A stretch of DNA of 64,000 nt from Paraspadella gotoi (taxonomy: Eukaryota; Animalia; Chaetognatha), in the NCBI GenBank assembly GCA_051294375.1, contig CM119267.1:2987631-3051630 (forward strand). The letters run 5' to 3'. Position 1 is the first letter of the stretch, and every line of letters starts with the position of its first letter. The notes beneath the pieces were generated by a model. It did not search any database. It had not been told where the DNA came from and saw nothing but the letters and a program-made list of their open reading frames with translations. Shown here in pieces: positions 26,473 to 40,853 of the stretch. Made by a program: the position numbers and the translations under genes.

Positions 26473-26871
26473 TCATCCCTTCCTCCCTTTTTCCTCCCTA
26501 TTTTCCTTTTTTCCTCTTTTCCCTTTTGTCTTTAATTTCCTTTTTCTTCCCTCTTTTCTTTTTTTTCTTCTTTTCCCTTTTGTCTTTGATTTCCGATTGC
26601 CTCCCTCTTTTCCCTTTTGTCTTTGATTTCCTTTTTCCTCCCTCTTTTCCTTTTTTTCCCTTTTCCTTTTTCCCTTGATTTTCCTCTCGCGCGAGTGACT
26701 CCCTCTCTGGTTTCGATTCAGGGAATTTCTCTGCGGTCACAGGGTGAATTCGTATTTATGCCCTCGGCTTTCAATAGGATTCAGATCCTTAATGAAAACA
26801 GGGTTGGAGACAGAGAGAAAGTCAGAGAGAGAGAGTAAGAGAGAGAGAGACAGAGAGGAGGAGGAGAGAGA

Positions 26872-26912
<41 letters not shown>

Positions 26913-27659
26913 AGAGGAGATAAGACCAAATCAGAACAACATGCTTACAAAGTGTCAATCTAAAAAAATGAGACGTATTGTTTGTATTGTCACTGTTTAT
27001 CAATTCTAACACATTTTTAAAAATTAAAAATAAAAAACCCTTTTAGACGACCGACAGACATAAGTTTTTTTACTTGCGCTGGATAAGTGAATAAATTTAC
27101 TAAAAGGGATCACAACGTTGTTGATGAGGCCAAACTCTCTGGAGATCCAAGTGCATTTAATCTTTTCCATCTTTTTTTCTTTTTTATTTTCTTTTATCGA
27201 AAGAAAGAAAGAAATCGAAAGCGAAGGAAGAATAAAAGGTTTTACAGGGTGACACGATAAAATTAATTTGAAAAAGCATATTTGTAATTTGTTTAAAAAT
27301 ATACATGATAAAGACTTAATAATATATTGTATGTATAGTTACATCATATTAAATACTTAATAGTAACAAGCTAATAGCTCTTTTCAATAAGTCACCACTG
27401 AAAAAGTACTTTTTACTTGGTACAATGCCTGATTATATATTTATAAAATAAAAATAATTAAAAAATCTACAGTTGTTAATTAATAAAGATAATGTTTTTT
27501 TTCCCGTTTAAAGCGTTTTACCCGCGCGACCCTGTAATGGTTCGAGTTTCTTATGAAGAGAAAATGTAGACGAAAGAAGAAAGACATTTTCTACTTAGCG
27601 TGAATTTTCCTTTGTCGCCGACGTCATGAAGGTAAGGCTTATCTCGATATTTTGCGTCG

Positions 27660-27727
<68 letters not shown>

Positions 27728-27822
27728 GAGAGAGAAAAATCCAGAAACTATTCCAAAACGAAAGTCAAAGACGAAATAAAACTGTCGTTTAATCGTCATC
27801 AGACTTCAGCCTCCCGCTATTC

Positions 27823-27975
27823 GACCCCATGATCTCATGACTCTTTGGACCCATGACCCCATGACCTTTCTACCCCATGACCATTTGGCCCCATGACCTT
27901 TCGACCCCATGACCTTTCTACCCCATGACCTCATGACTATTTGGCCCCATGACCTTTCGACCCCGTGACCTCTCG
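27823..27975 (+). repeat. ~17-bp minisatellite (gaccccatgacctttc-type)
   Basis: About 9 imperfect copies. Confidence 0.85.
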
Positions 27976-28067
27976 ACATCGTGGCCTCGAGACCAAGTCT
28001 AAAGGCAGAAACCTCGACCTTCTTCGACGGGGTTTAAACTTTTGGGAAAAGGAGACCCCTGGATCCT

Positions 28068-28160
28068 TGTGGTTGCAATCAAAGGTGATTGCAATTAGAA
28101 ACAATTGAAGGCAAGTGTGATTGCAATCAATGGTGATTGCAATCAAAGGGGATTGCAACC
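28068..28160. repeat. ~16-bp repeat with palindromic core gattgcaatc
   Basis: gtgattgcaatcaaag variants, about 5 copies. Confidence 0.7.
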
Positions 28161-28570
28161 TCGCGCAGCCAAAGGTCGTTTTAATCAGATGTCATTTTTT
28201 GGATTTAGTCCCAACCTTAAGCGATTTCATTGACTAAGGGCATGACGCAGGTATGTCGCAAGCAAGTAGCGTTCCGGCGTATCGTGTGGCTTAACAATGC
28301 ACTGATTGGTGCTGCGCTGTGCTGATACATGATACATGGTACGTGATTCTAGAAGATATTTCGCGATGCTAGACTGGGGTGCGCTGTGACAAGGTGGAAT
28401 CACATCAACGCGAGTAGAAATTCTCCCACTTTATTATATTATGAAGCAAAATTAATAATAATTTAACTGTTATTAAAATTTAATTATTATTAAAGTAAAT
28501 TAATTTTACTTTGATATCGACGTCGTCTGAAATAGCCTTTATACCCCTCACGAAACGACGAATCATTAAT

Positions 28571-28890
28571 AAATTAAACATTTCCAAACTAATTTCAAAC
28601 AAATTAATCATTTCCAAACTAATTTCAAACAAATTAATCATTTCCAAACTAATTTAAAACAAATTAATCATTTCCAAACTAATTTCAAACAAATTAATCA
28701 TTTCCAAACTAATTTCAAACAAATTAATCATTTCCAAACTAATTTCAAACAAATTAATCATTTACAAACTAATTTCGAACAAATTAATCATTTCCAAACT
28801 AATTTCAAACAAATTAATCATTTCCAAACTAATTTCGAACAAATTAATCATTTCCAAACTAATTTCAAACAAATTAATCATTTCCAAACT
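28571..28890 (+). repeat. 30-bp minisatellite aaattaatcatttccaaactaatttcaaac, ~10.5 copies
   Basis: Near-perfect 30-bp periodicity. Confidence 0.95.
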
Positions 28891-29658
28891 CTCAAACGCT
28901 CGTATTATTTGACGATCGTCATTTTCTCTTCGGAGCGACTTTCCCGCCATAAAGATTGTTAACCCCCGCTCCCATAAAAATCATTGTATCGGGGAATCGA
29001 GGTCCAAGGCCTTTTCGCCCGGGAGCTCGTGGAGGGATTTTAACGGCCGCGTTTCGCTCCCATAAATTTATTCTCCTCATATTTAAGGAGTTTCCGATTT
29101 GGTTCCCGTCAACTTGGCGTCGTTGCCACAGAAATAACTTTTCTCCTTGCCTTCCTTTTTCTTTTTTATTCTCCTTACTTTGCCTTTCTTCCGGTTCTCC
29201 TCTCCTTTTTTTTTTACCTCCCTTTCCTTTCTTTTTTTTCCTTTCCACCTTGCTTCGCTTCCTGCCTTGACTTTTTCCGGTTCTCCTCTCCTTTTTTATA
29301 TCCCTTTCCTTTCCTTTTCTCTCCTTTCCTCCTTTTTTGATTTCTTCCTAGCCTTTCTTCCGATTCCCCTCTCCTTTTTTTTATCTCCTTTTCCTTTCTC
29401 TTTTCTCCTTTCTTCGTTTTTTGTTTTCTTTCTTGCCTTTCTTTAGGTTCTCATCATTTGTTTAATTTCATCTCCTCACCGTTCATTTTTCTTGCCTCTT
29501 TTTTATCTACTCCTTTCTCCCTCTTCCTTCCCACACCCCCCCTTTCCTCCCCCCCTCTCTCTCTCTCCTCCACCCCCCCCTTACCCTTCTCTACCTCCGT
29601 TCGCTTGTCAAACCAGAAACTGAGGCTTGATCTACTTCTTGGCCGAGAAATCGTCCGC

Positions 29659-29729
<71 letters not shown>

Positions 29730-32222
29730 AATCCGACACTGAGATCCATTCTTATTTCAACTTCAGACTTTTGCTCTTTTTATCCAAATTTAACTGTAGA
29801 TATTAGCTTAATGCTTATATAGAATGGTTCTATCATTAACTTAAATAACAATTATTCTGTCTCTTCATTTTCAAACTCGTAACCGGAAAGAAGTTCTCTA
29901 GTCTTTTTTTTTTCTTTTTCGAATCTAATAGAGAAAAGAAAAAAAGAAAGAAAAAAGAAAAGAAAAATGAATAGAAAACAAAAAGTTAAAAAAGAAACAC
30001 ACAGACCAAAAAAAAACTAAAGAATATTTTTTTTCTCGTGGAATAACATGACCTGAGAATTCTTCGTATTAAAAAAAAAAGGAAAAAAAAACAACAACAA
30101 AATTAGGAATGAAAAAAAACTGAAAATGTTTATAGTCCGGGACGACGACGACGACTATGATGCTGACGATCATGACGATCATGACCTTTCTTGTTAAAAA
30201 TTAAAAACAAAATCGAATTTCCACCGTCGTCATGACGACGATCGGAATTATTTATAAATCTTTTTCTGGCTTTTGTTCGGAAATCAATATCGAACCCCAG
30301 ATGGCGAACCAACGTAAAAGATTGTAACGAAAACAAAAAACAAACGAAATCGTTTGGCAACAAAGACTACATTTCTTAGAATTCCGTAACTCGCGAAGCG
30401 ACGCGATTCCGGGCGAGCGCGTCTCGAATTCGAAAACGAGGCTTTCGAAAATCTAAAACGAGGCTGTCAAAAGCAGACGGATTGAAAAATCCGACTCATT
30501 TTCCTCTTTCTTTACATTTTTTATCCTCTTTTTAGATCTTTTCCCTTCCAAAATCAATTCTATTCTAATATTTTTCAATTCTTTATAAACTCCATCATTT
30601 AATGCTTTTATATTTTCTCAACATCGAATTTCCCCTGTTTAAGAAATTTTTCTTTTTGCGAAATTTTAGGTTTTGTGGCTTTTTATCCTTTAATTTTTTA
30701 TACTCATTTACTAATTAATCATGATCATCGATAAATTAATTAATTAATTACTAATTAACCATGAACTTTGATAAAGTTACTCTATTATTCCCCCTTTATT
30801 TTTCTTCCTCATGACTTTCGCTTTGTTCCTCTCATCCGCTTCTCCCTCTTTCCGCTTTTTCCTGCTTTTTCCCGCTTCTCAAAACGATTTTTTTCGCTTC
30901 TCAACGACTTCTGACGTTTCTTGTTTTTCGCTTCTCAACGATGATTTCGAGATCAACGATTCCGTCAAAATAAATTTAGAAAACTTTGGCGACGTCGTCG
31001 TCATCGTTTTTGTCATCGTCGTCATCATCGTCATCATCGTCGTCCACATCGTCGTCGTCAACTTCGTNNNNNNNNNNNNNNNNNNNNNNNNNNNNNNNNN
31101 NNNNNNNNNNNNNNNNNNNNNNNNNNNNNNNNNNNNNNNNNNNNNNNNNNNNNNNNNNNNNNNNNNNNNNNNNNNNNNNNNNNNNNNNNNNNNNNNNNNN
31201 NNNNNNNNNNNNNNNNNNNNNNNNNNNNNNNNNNNNNNNNNNNNNNNNNNNNNNNNNNNNNNNNNNNNNNNNNNNNNNNNNNNNNNNNNNNNNNNNNNNN
31301 NNNNNNNNNNNNNNNNNNNNNNNNNNNNNNNNNNNNNNNNNNNNNNNNNNNNNNNNNNNNNNNNNNNNNNNNNNNNNNNNNNNNNNNNNNNNNNNNNNNN
31401 NNNNNNNNNNNNNNNNNNNNNNNNNNNNNNNNNNNNNNNNNNNNNNNNNNNNNNNNNNNNNNNNNNNNNNNNNNNNNNNNNNNNNNNNNNNNNNNNNNNN
31501 NNNNNNNNNNNNNNNNNNNNNNNNNNNNNNNNNNNNNNNNNNNNNNNNNNNNNNNNNNNNNNNNNNNNNNNNNNNNNNNNNNNNNNNNNNNNNNNNNNNN
31601 NNNNNNNNNNNNNNNNNNNNNNNNNNNNNNNNNNNNNNNNNNNNNNNNNNNNNNNNNNNNNNNNNNNNNNNNNNNNNNNNNNNNNNNNNNNNNNNNNNNN
31701 NNNNNNNNNNNNNNNNNNNNNNNNNNNNNNNNNNNNNNNNNNNNNNNNNNNNNNNNNNNNNNNNNNNNNNNNNNNNNNNNNNNNNNNNNNNNNNNNNNNN
31801 NNNNNNNNNNNNNNNNNNNNNNNNNNNNNNNNNNNNNNNNNNNNNNNNNNNNNNNNNNNNNNNNNNNNNNNNCGTCGTCGTCGTCGTCGTCTTCGTCGTC
31901 GTCGTCCTTCTCGTCATGATACGTCTTAAACTTCCCTCTTTCTCCGAGAATCAAACGTTAAGCCTTTTTTTTTCCCTTTGGCTGGAAATTCTCGCCTTCT
32001 GTTCATTTGTTTTTCGGATATTAGCTCGGAACACTAGGGACACCTGTGGGATCGAACCGAAGTCCTTTGTTTCCGCAAGAACAGGATTCTTTCCTTTTAA
32101 TGGAATCGTCGTCGTCGTCGTCGTCGTCGTCTTCATGAACCTCCTTTTCATCCTCGATGATGCAGTTACATCCGGCAGTTAAATATCCAAAGGAGTTCGT
32201 CTCTCAGAGGAGGAAATAAACA

Positions 32223-32261
<39 letters not shown>

Positions 32262-32572
32262 TCCTTCCCTAAAATCCAATCAATGCGTCTTTCCCTTCGC
32301 GTCGTTCGAATAACTGGCAGTTTTTGAAAACTGCCGTCGAGCGGCGCTACATGTTTTGAAACGGCATTTTCTTTCGAGGAAGTGAAGCTCTCTTTTCTGA
32401 CGCCGAACGAGGGGGGNNNNNNNNNNNNNNNNNNNNNNNNNNNNNNNNNNNNNNNNNNNNNNNNNNNNNNNNNNNNNNNNNNNNNNNNNNNNNNNNNNNN
32501 NNNNNNNNNNNNNNNNNNNNNNNNNNNNNNNNNNNNNNNNNNNNNNNNNNNNNNNNNNNNNNNNNNNNNNNN

Positions 32573-32604
<32 letters not shown>

Positions 32605-32950
32605 GTGTTCGTCTGACTCGCCAAGTTTAAGCATCTGTCCCGATACGGTTATGACGGCTCTTTAGCTCCTTTTGTTTTGGTCGGTAAACAAAAGTGCAAC
32701 GAAAAGAGATGAGAAATACGTAATTAGGAGCGTCGGCTGCGGCGGCGGCTGCGGCGGCGCTGGCAGTCCTCCTCCGCCTGGGCGAGAAAAGAAAAGAATT
32801 AAAAATAGACAAACAAAAAAGCATCGAGTAAATAAAGGATTCACGGTTCGTGAGTTGAGTTGTTGCCAATTATAATTCTCTCGAGGAATATCGCCGAATA
32901 AATTAGCGAGTACCGAACCTAATATCTTAAATAACGAAATTAATATCTTA

Positions 32951-34693
32951 ATATATATTAGAGCTCCCAGAAATACCATGCATTTTTGAAANNNNNNNNN
33001 NNNNNNNNNNNNNNNNGTTCTGATACTGCAAAAGGGGTTTCTTGTGCCAAATTTAGTGGAGAAAACGAATATCACAATGAAAAATATCCCTGAATGCTCT
33101 TGATGGATTTTCCACGCCAGTTTTTGCGTCGTACCACTTCCGGTTTTTTAAAAATTAGAATTTTTTGGAAAAAAATGAGCTGTTATTCAGCCAGCCATAC
33201 TTAAATTAAATCAAAATAATGTTATTAATAACCTTATTACTAAGGTTTTTTGTTGTGGTTTATAAATAAGGTTAAAAAATTATTATTATGAAATAATTAA
33301 AATTAGAAATTATTAATTTTTAAGCTAAATTGTCCCTGACCAAATTACTCTACAAATTCTAATAAGAATTTTTATTGGAAAGTATGATTTGGTAATACAA
33401 AGAGAACTAAGGGTTTTAAATATTTAATCCTTAAGCCAAGATATGGGTCTTTAAAGGTTTGCCAAATGGTATAAAAGAAAGAAGCTAATTAGATAGAAGG
33501 CGCTTTGGTCCTTGTGGCTAGCAAGCCTCCCACTCAACCTTAACCCTTAACCTCTCCCCCAACCTAAACCTTAGCCCAGGCCTTTTATTCATTTGCAAGC
33601 CCCAACCCTAATCTTAATGTCCCTAGTACAAGCTAAAGCAAAATTATTATTTGACCAGGTTGTCATGATTAAGTGCAATTTGGACCGGCCTCAGAAAAGG
33701 ACAGGAAGCTTGGGTTAGGGTTAGGGAGCGTACTGGGGAAGGAAATTATAGATTAAAGTTTTAGCCTTATTGATGGCCAGGAGGCAGGGATGCCTCAGTT
33801 TGAGGCTCAGAGGTGAACATCAGGCTGAAGTAAGGGTTGGTTAGAGAGTCTCTGGAGTGATTGCAGGGTTAGGGTTCTAGCATGATTTAAAACAGGAGGC
33901 CTAGGTTAGGGTTAGGGCTAAGGAAGTGGCTCTCTGCAGATGTTACCAGCCAGGGAAACTGGTTAGAGTTTGGATCAGAGACCGGTTTGGGGTTAAGGTT
34001 CAGCAGGAAGTACACTCGCTTGGGTTTAAGGTTAGGAGAGAGGTTGCTCGGGTTAGATTCAGACTTGGGGTGAGACAAGAAGCCACATTAGGGCTAGGGT
34101 AGGTTAGATATTCCAAGCTAGGGAAAGATTAAAGGTTTGTTTAGGGCCCGGTTTAAGGTTAGGGTTTGAGTTAGAGGCTTGCTAGCTGCAAAGGCCAAGT
34201 CGCCTTCCATCTAATTCGCTACTTTCTTTTTTGAATCACTTGGTAAACTTTTTAAAGGCCAATATCAATATCCCTTTGACAGTTTCTATTTGTTTAACCA
34301 CATAGTAAAATTTTATTAAAATTAGTGGAGTAGTTTGGTTACAGCCAATTTGGCTTAAAAAAATTCTGAATTTTTAACTTGAAGCCTTTTGTAATAATAT
34401 TTTATAACCTTAATAATAAACCAAATAAAAAATGTAATATTAAGGTTATTTGGTAACTTTATTTAGATTAATTTTAAGTATGCTGGCTGAAAAACAGCTC
34501 ATTTTTTTCAAAAAATCCTGAATTTTTAAAACCGAGTGGTTCGACGCAAAAACTGGCATGGAAAATCCATAATGAGCATCCGGAAATTTTTTTATTGTGA
34601 TATTCGTTTTCTCCACTAAATTTGGCACAAGAAACTTTGCAGGTATCAGGAATTTCATAAATGTATGATATTTCTGGGAGGTCTAATATATAT
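32951..34693. mobile_element. Foldback or large MITE-like element with ~600-680-bp imperfect terminal inverted repeats
   Basis: The left end atatatattagagctcccagaaataccatgcatttttgaaa is the reverse complement of the right end tttcataaatgtatgatatttctgggaggtctaatatatat. The arms keep matching inward (33040-33200 vs 34480-34635; 33480-33545 vs 34155-34230). The flanks are TA-rich and no ORF is present. Confidence 0.8.
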
Positions 34694-35222
34694 CGAACCT
34701 AGTAATATCTTAAATACCGAGCCTAATAACTTGAATACGAAACTAATATCTTAAATACCGAACCTAATATCTTAAATACAGAACCTAATATCTTTAATAC
34801 TGAACCTATTATATTTATATAGAACCTAATATCTTAAATACCAACTAATATCTTTAATACCAAACTTAATATATTTAATACTAAACGTAATATCTTAAAT
34901 ACCGAACCTAATATTTTTAATACCGAACCTTATATCTTCAATACCGACCTTATTTTTTATTCACAGAAAAATCCTTTGTCGAAATTCTCATTTTTAAATT
35001 CGAAATTTGACATCGCGTGACCGCGTGACTTTTCCGTCCGGTTAATTACGATCCGCGCGTTTATCCTTTCTGTTCGCCAGTTTATTTATCTGTTTAAATC
35101 CGTGTACAATTTGTACATCTAATGTATTAAATTATTGTGAATCTCATGTATTAAAACGTATCAATCATAATCAATATTGAGCTATTTACTTCCCACTGCG
35201 CGATTTGAATTTTTTTGACTGC

Positions 35223-35292
<70 letters not shown>

Positions 35293-36170
35293 CTTCTCTC
35301 GTTTGCGTCGCTTCAGGGTTCCCGGTTCCCACGCTGCCCCGAGGGACATCATCCGGCGACCACCTTCCGCCCCCCCTTTCCCGACCCCCCATCTCTTCTC
35401 TTTTAGGAATTTCATAAATGTATGATATTTCTGGGAGGTCTAATATATATCGAACCTAGTAATATCTTAAATACCGAGCCTAATAACTTGAATACCGAAA
35501 CTAATATCTTAAATACCGAACCTAATATCTTAAATACAGAACCTAATATCTTTAATACTGAACCTATTATATTTAATATAGAACCTAATATCTTAAATAC
35601 CAAACCTAATATCTTTAATACCAAACTTAATATATTTAATACTAAACGTAATATCTTAAATACCGAACCTAATATTTTTAATACCGAACCTTATATCTTC
35701 AATACCGACCTTATTTTTTATTCACAGAAAAATCCTTTGTCGAAATTCTCATTTTTAAATCTCGAAATTTTGACATCGCGTGACCGCGTGACTTTTCCGT
35801 CCGGTTAATTACGATCCGCGCGTTTATCCTTTCTGTTCGCCAGTTTATTTATCTGTTTAAATCCGTGTACAATTTGTACATCTAATGTATTAAATTATTT
35901 GTGAATCTCATGTATTAAAACGTATCAATCAATAATCAATATTGAGCTATGTTATCTCCACTGCCGATTTGAATTTTTTTGAACTGCCTATCTCTCTCTC
36001 TCTCTCTCTCTCTCTCATCTCTCTCCTCTCTTCTCTCTCTCTCTCCTTCATCTCTCTCTCTCTCTCTCTCCTTCTCTCGTGCGTCGCTTCAGGGTTCCCG
36101 GTTCCCACGCTGCCCGAGGGACATCATCCGGCGACCACCTTTCCGCCCCCCCTTTCCCGACCCCCCCCAA
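34648..36170. other. ~757-bp near-identical tandem duplication (34648-35391 / 35405-36170), probably an assembly overlap artefact
   Basis: The copies differ mainly by single-base indels and lie beside the segment that follows the 25-N gap at 32992-33016. Confidence 0.65.
34694..34950 (+). repeat. 21-bp minisatellite taccgaacctaatatcttaaa (also at 32911-32950 and 35451-35710)
   Basis: About 12 imperfect copies. They produce the spurious NTEPNIL ORF. Confidence 0.9.
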
Positions 36171-36386
36171 TCCTCCGGCCCCCCCGCTACCCGGTCCCCC
36201 CTTCCCCCCCCTTCTCCGACGATTGGCGCGAATTTTTTTTTTTTTTTAATATTTAAAAATGGAATCGATTTGGCGCCAGGTTTCGTTTTCGTGTTAACTT
36301 ACAGTTTTTTATTTTTTTTTTTCTTCTCTTTCTTTAGTCTTTTGAGTTGGAAGTGCGTGTTCTCTTGTCTTCGTAAAACTAGATTC

Positions 36387-36787
36387 GGCTCTATTTTCCC
36401 AGAGCGGCCCATTACTGTTGCTTTATCCTTTGATTTTGATCTGAATATTTAACTTAAACAAATACAGGGAGGTACAGCTCTTTTGTGACTAAATAAAAAA
36501 AATTAGTTTGGATGAGTAAGTAAATGAAATATGATTTGAAAATTGGTACATATGTAAAGAATTGTAATGATAAAACAATCTATTTAAAAAAATTATCTTC
36601 GGCAACCATGACTTTCTCCAAGTGTTCAGAAAAGGCAGCATATGCTTTTTCGACTGAGCCCATTGGAAATGCCGCCATTCCTACCACTATTGCCGATGTC
36701 AGAAAGTCGACAGTTCTGGAAGGGCTGCGTGTCATATTCTAATTCCGAATTAAAAACGAAATAGGGCGTTTTGGGAAACGAGAGCCC
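36387..36787 (-). mobile_element. Family C MITE in reverse orientation with a different interior
   Basis: The TIRs are ggctctattttcccagagcggccc and agggcgttttgggaaacgagagccc. The subterminal aattccgaattaaaaacgaaataggg is the reverse complement of that in the 55985 copy. Confidence 0.7.
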
Positions 36788-37576
36788 AAGAGTTTTCCGT
36801 TTAGGTGACATAATTCTCGCTCTTAAAAAAAAAGCAAAAAAAAATAAAACAATGGCCTTTGACGCTTAAATCGCATCTCGGGCTTCCATGGACGTCCGAC
36901 CTTATGTTCATTTTTTAAGTCTTTTCTTTCGTGAACTGATAATAAATTCATGAGGACGAAAACGTTTATGGAACTATCATACGATACATTATTTATCATG
37001 GTTACCTTATTTTATAAGTCAGGGGCATCTAAAAATTTTCACGACTCATTTTTCGTTACAATTTACTTTTTTTTTCGTTTTGAAAAAGATAAAGGAAAGA
37101 ATTTCCTATCAATTTACTACAACGAAAGTTTTAATCTCAATTTTCGAGTCGATTTCCACTTTCATTTTTCCTTTCCGTTTTTATTCCCTTTCCGCATCTA
37201 ATGTTTCCACCTCTATTTTAGTTTTCCGCTTCTATTCTTTCCGCTTTCATTTTCCTTCTCTGATTCTTAGTATTTTTTTTTCTCTCTTTCAATCTTTCAG
37301 CGTCTATTTTTCCAGTTAAACTTTCATTTTCCATTTCTGAATTCTTTCCACATCTTTTTTTTCCAGTTCAACTTTAGTTTTCCATTTCTGAATTCTCTCC
37401 GCTTCTTTCTTTCAGCCAGATTTCCTTTTCCTTTTTTTTTTCACAAATTCCACTGAATTGGTTTTTCTATATTTTTTCTCTCGAGTCAATTCACTCTTCC
37501 GTTTCCCTTTTGTTATCTTCGACGTTTCTTTGTTCCGCGAAGCGACACCTGCGGTCGTCGCCATCTTTGTCTCCAC

Positions 37577-37610
<34 letters not shown>

Positions 37611-37664
37611 AGAACGCGACGACGGCGCGAGAGATGAAATTAAGATGCCGTTACGCTGAGCAAG

Positions 37665-37697
<33 letters not shown>

Positions 37698-38098
37698 TAC
37701 AGTGCAAGCGCAGGTACAAAGAATAACTCAGCGAAAAACCTCCTCACTTTGATAAAACTTAGCAACTTCAATAACAACAACAACAACGACAACAAAAAAG
37801 ACAACTTTAACAACACTTTGAAAATGTCAAATTAAAAAAAAAAAAAAATCTGCGATATAAACCAGAAGAATGACCACAACGACCACAACTGACAATGGGA
37901 AAATCGACGACTCTATTTTTTATGATCCATTCCGCGCCAATTACAACAACAACAACAAAAACAACAACAACAATTACAACAGCGATCAAAGACTTCGATG
38001 TCCTTTTGCTTTTGTTTTTGTCCGACGACGACGACGACGACATCCAGAGGCGCAAAGAATTGCCACGTAAAATGAACCTTTTCGTCGTCGTCCTGGAA

Positions 38099-38130
<32 letters not shown>

Positions 38131-38229
38131 TGATAGTGTCGTGTCATCGTCCGGGGTTCTCTCGTTAGAACAACGCAAACAGATGTCTATCTCACTCTCT
38201 CTCATTTGTTCTTTCTTTCTTTCTTTCCT

Positions 38230-38325
<96 letters not shown>

Positions 38326-38894
38326 TTTGAATATATTTCTATTTTCTATTTTTTACTTTCTTTTTTTTTATGATATTTTATCCTTTATTTTTCTTACTAT
38401 CTCGATTTCCTATTCTTTCTCTCATCATCTCTGTCTCCCTTCCCTCTTTCTTTCTCTCTCTCCATCTTTCTCTCCCCTTCTCTCTCTCTATCCGAACAAT
38501 CGTCTCCCAGTTTTCACCTTCGTCTCTTCGTATCTGAGTTGAGCCTTCGTCACGCAAACGATTTTCTCTCTCTCTCTCCTCTCTCTCTCTTCTCTCTTTC
38601 TCTCTCTTCTCTCTCTCTCTCTCTCTCTCTTCTCTCTTCTCTCTTCTCTCTCTCTCTCATTTTCAAATTCTCTCTCTCTCCCTCTCTTTCCTCTCTCTTT
38701 CTCTCTCTGCGAGTTTTGTCTTTATTTCCTTTTACTTTTTTACTTTTTTCTTTATTCTCTTTTCTCTTTTCATTTTTTTCTTTTTTTTTAATTCGCGATC
38801 GAAAACTAATCCACGAATTCAACTTTTGAATCAAGTCTTGAAACCGAGACTCGAATCCCAGGCGAACAGTTTTTCATTATCCTTCGTCTCCTGT

Positions 38895-38929
<35 letters not shown>

Positions 38930-40209
38930 CTCTCTCTCTCTCTCTCTCTCTCCTCTCTCTCGTCTCCTCTCTCTCTCTCTCTCCTCTCTTTCAGGGTTTT
39001 TTTTCTCTCTCTTTTTTTAAATTTTGGCCGAGTGCGAAATAGAGATGCACACAGAAACTAAATCTTCAACCGAAATTAAATAATATTTTTTTTCTTTAAA
39101 TAATATTTTTTTTGTTTAATAACTTTGCGAATATATTAATATATAAACTCAAAAAGAAAAATATATTATCCGAATTAACTGTATTTTTTTGGTCGTTATC
39201 AATCTCGTTAAGGGCCAAATTAAACATTCCGCTTAAATACAAACCATCGTCTCTCTCTCTCTCTGTCTCTCGTTTAAAAAAAAATCAGATACATGAGTTT
39301 ATTCTTATCTTCCTAAAGACTTCGTTTCTTTCCAAAAAAAAAAAAAAAAAATAGTCTCAACTTTTTTCTGGTTAAAAACATTTTTCCCATATTTTGGCGT
39401 GAAACATTTTAACGCAGCAAAATCGTTCGACTCTAAAATCACAAAGAAAATCGAAATTCACAAGTTAAAAAAACATAACTTAAAAAAAAAAATGATTTGA
39501 AAAAAAATGACTAATCGAATCCGGGATTTTCGGTTAAATCGAAGAGAGCTGATTCGGACAAGCTGATCTCACGGACTGATTCGGACAAGCTGAACGGACA
39601 AATTTATCCGGACGTTGGATATTTTTGACGTTGAGTCAGATTCGATCTTCACTCGATGAAAAATTAGCTCGAGTTCGAAGTTGTTTCGTCGCACTGAACT
39701 ATTTCGTTCGTCGCGCTCAACCCGCCGTCAGCTCGGTTTACCGTCCGGTCCGACTGACAAAGCAGTTTGATTGTAATCGACAAATCTGTTCAACGTCACT
39801 GTTTTCTTTAAATCGTCTGCTTCGCGGAAAGTTTAATACTTTTTTTTAAAAAAAGTGTTTTTTTTATATTTGCTATTGAGACTGAAATTCTTATTTTCAT
39901 TGTTATTTTGGATGCAAACTAGTAAAAAAAATCTCGCTTGGCCTTTATTTGTATTACAATTTTTGTCGTTCTTCCCCCGATCGGCTAAATTAGAAATCAG
40001 CCGATCGTGGTCGACGCGTCGTCTCCCGAGATCCTTTGTAACCGAATCTACATTTTGTTACCTTAAATCGCTTCAGTTCACTAGTTCATTATCTCTTGAT
40101 GACAAAGGATGAAAGAATGAATTTGTAAACTGGAAAAAAAATAATAAGGAATAAATTTTTAAACGAGAAAAGAAAAGAAAAATAGAAAAAAACGTCTACA
40201 ATTACAAAC

Positions 40210-40540
40210 GTTTCTGTTCTTGTATCCCTAAATTTAATTTTAATTAATCATTAAACTTATAGCTTAATTTTTTAATAGTAATCCCTAATCTTAATGTTTA
40301 TTTTTAATCTAGTTTTAACCTTAATCCTAAACTCTAATTTTTAATTCTCAACCCAAACCCTTATACCTTAATCTTTATAAAGGTTAAAGACTTTAACCTT
40401 AATAAAAAACCTAATTCTAAACCCTAATATTTAACCTTTCCTTAACTTAATCCTGAACCTTTCCCATAATTTTAAACTTAAAAAAATTAACTCAATTCTA
40501 AATTTAAAATGAAATGACTCGTTCTAGGAAAAGAGGGCTC
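40210..40540 (-). mobile_element. Family C MITE remnant with a CCCTAA-like interior
   Basis: A degenerate aaccct/aatcct array ends in atgaaatgactcgttctaggaaaagagggctc, which is TIR-like. Confidence 0.55.
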
Positions 40541-40853
40541 ACAAAGGGGACCGAATTTCTAATTCGTTTCCTTCGTCAAAAGGCCTCGGTTCAGATTTGC
40601 TCTCAGTCACGACGAGTTTCAATTTCTCTTTAAAAACTCAAAATTTCCACTTTTTCTCTCTCTTTTTTTTCGCGAGTTTTTTTCAAGAAGAGAAGAAAGA
40701 AAAAAGTGGGTTTTCATTTTGTTTTGTTTGTTTTTTAAATCGGGAACAAAATTTGTAAGAGTCACAAATCTACAGGAAACGGGGAAAATGGCTGCCGGCG
40801 AAGAAACGAACCAAATCTGCGGCCTTACAATTACCAATCACAAACATTCATAT

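Noticed and set aside
28571-28890. 30-bp repeat as a CRISPR array or an EISLEMINLF repeat protein
   Set aside because: The units are contiguous with no spacers, there are no cas genes, and the context is eukaryotic.
30811-32182. Long ORFs of 300-400 aa
   Set aside because: They are open only because they cross N-gaps flanked by (GTC)n.
35422-35808. 128-aa ORF with NTEPNIL repeats
   Set aside because: It is a by-product of the 21-bp minisatellite, which is split by a transposon and duplicated.
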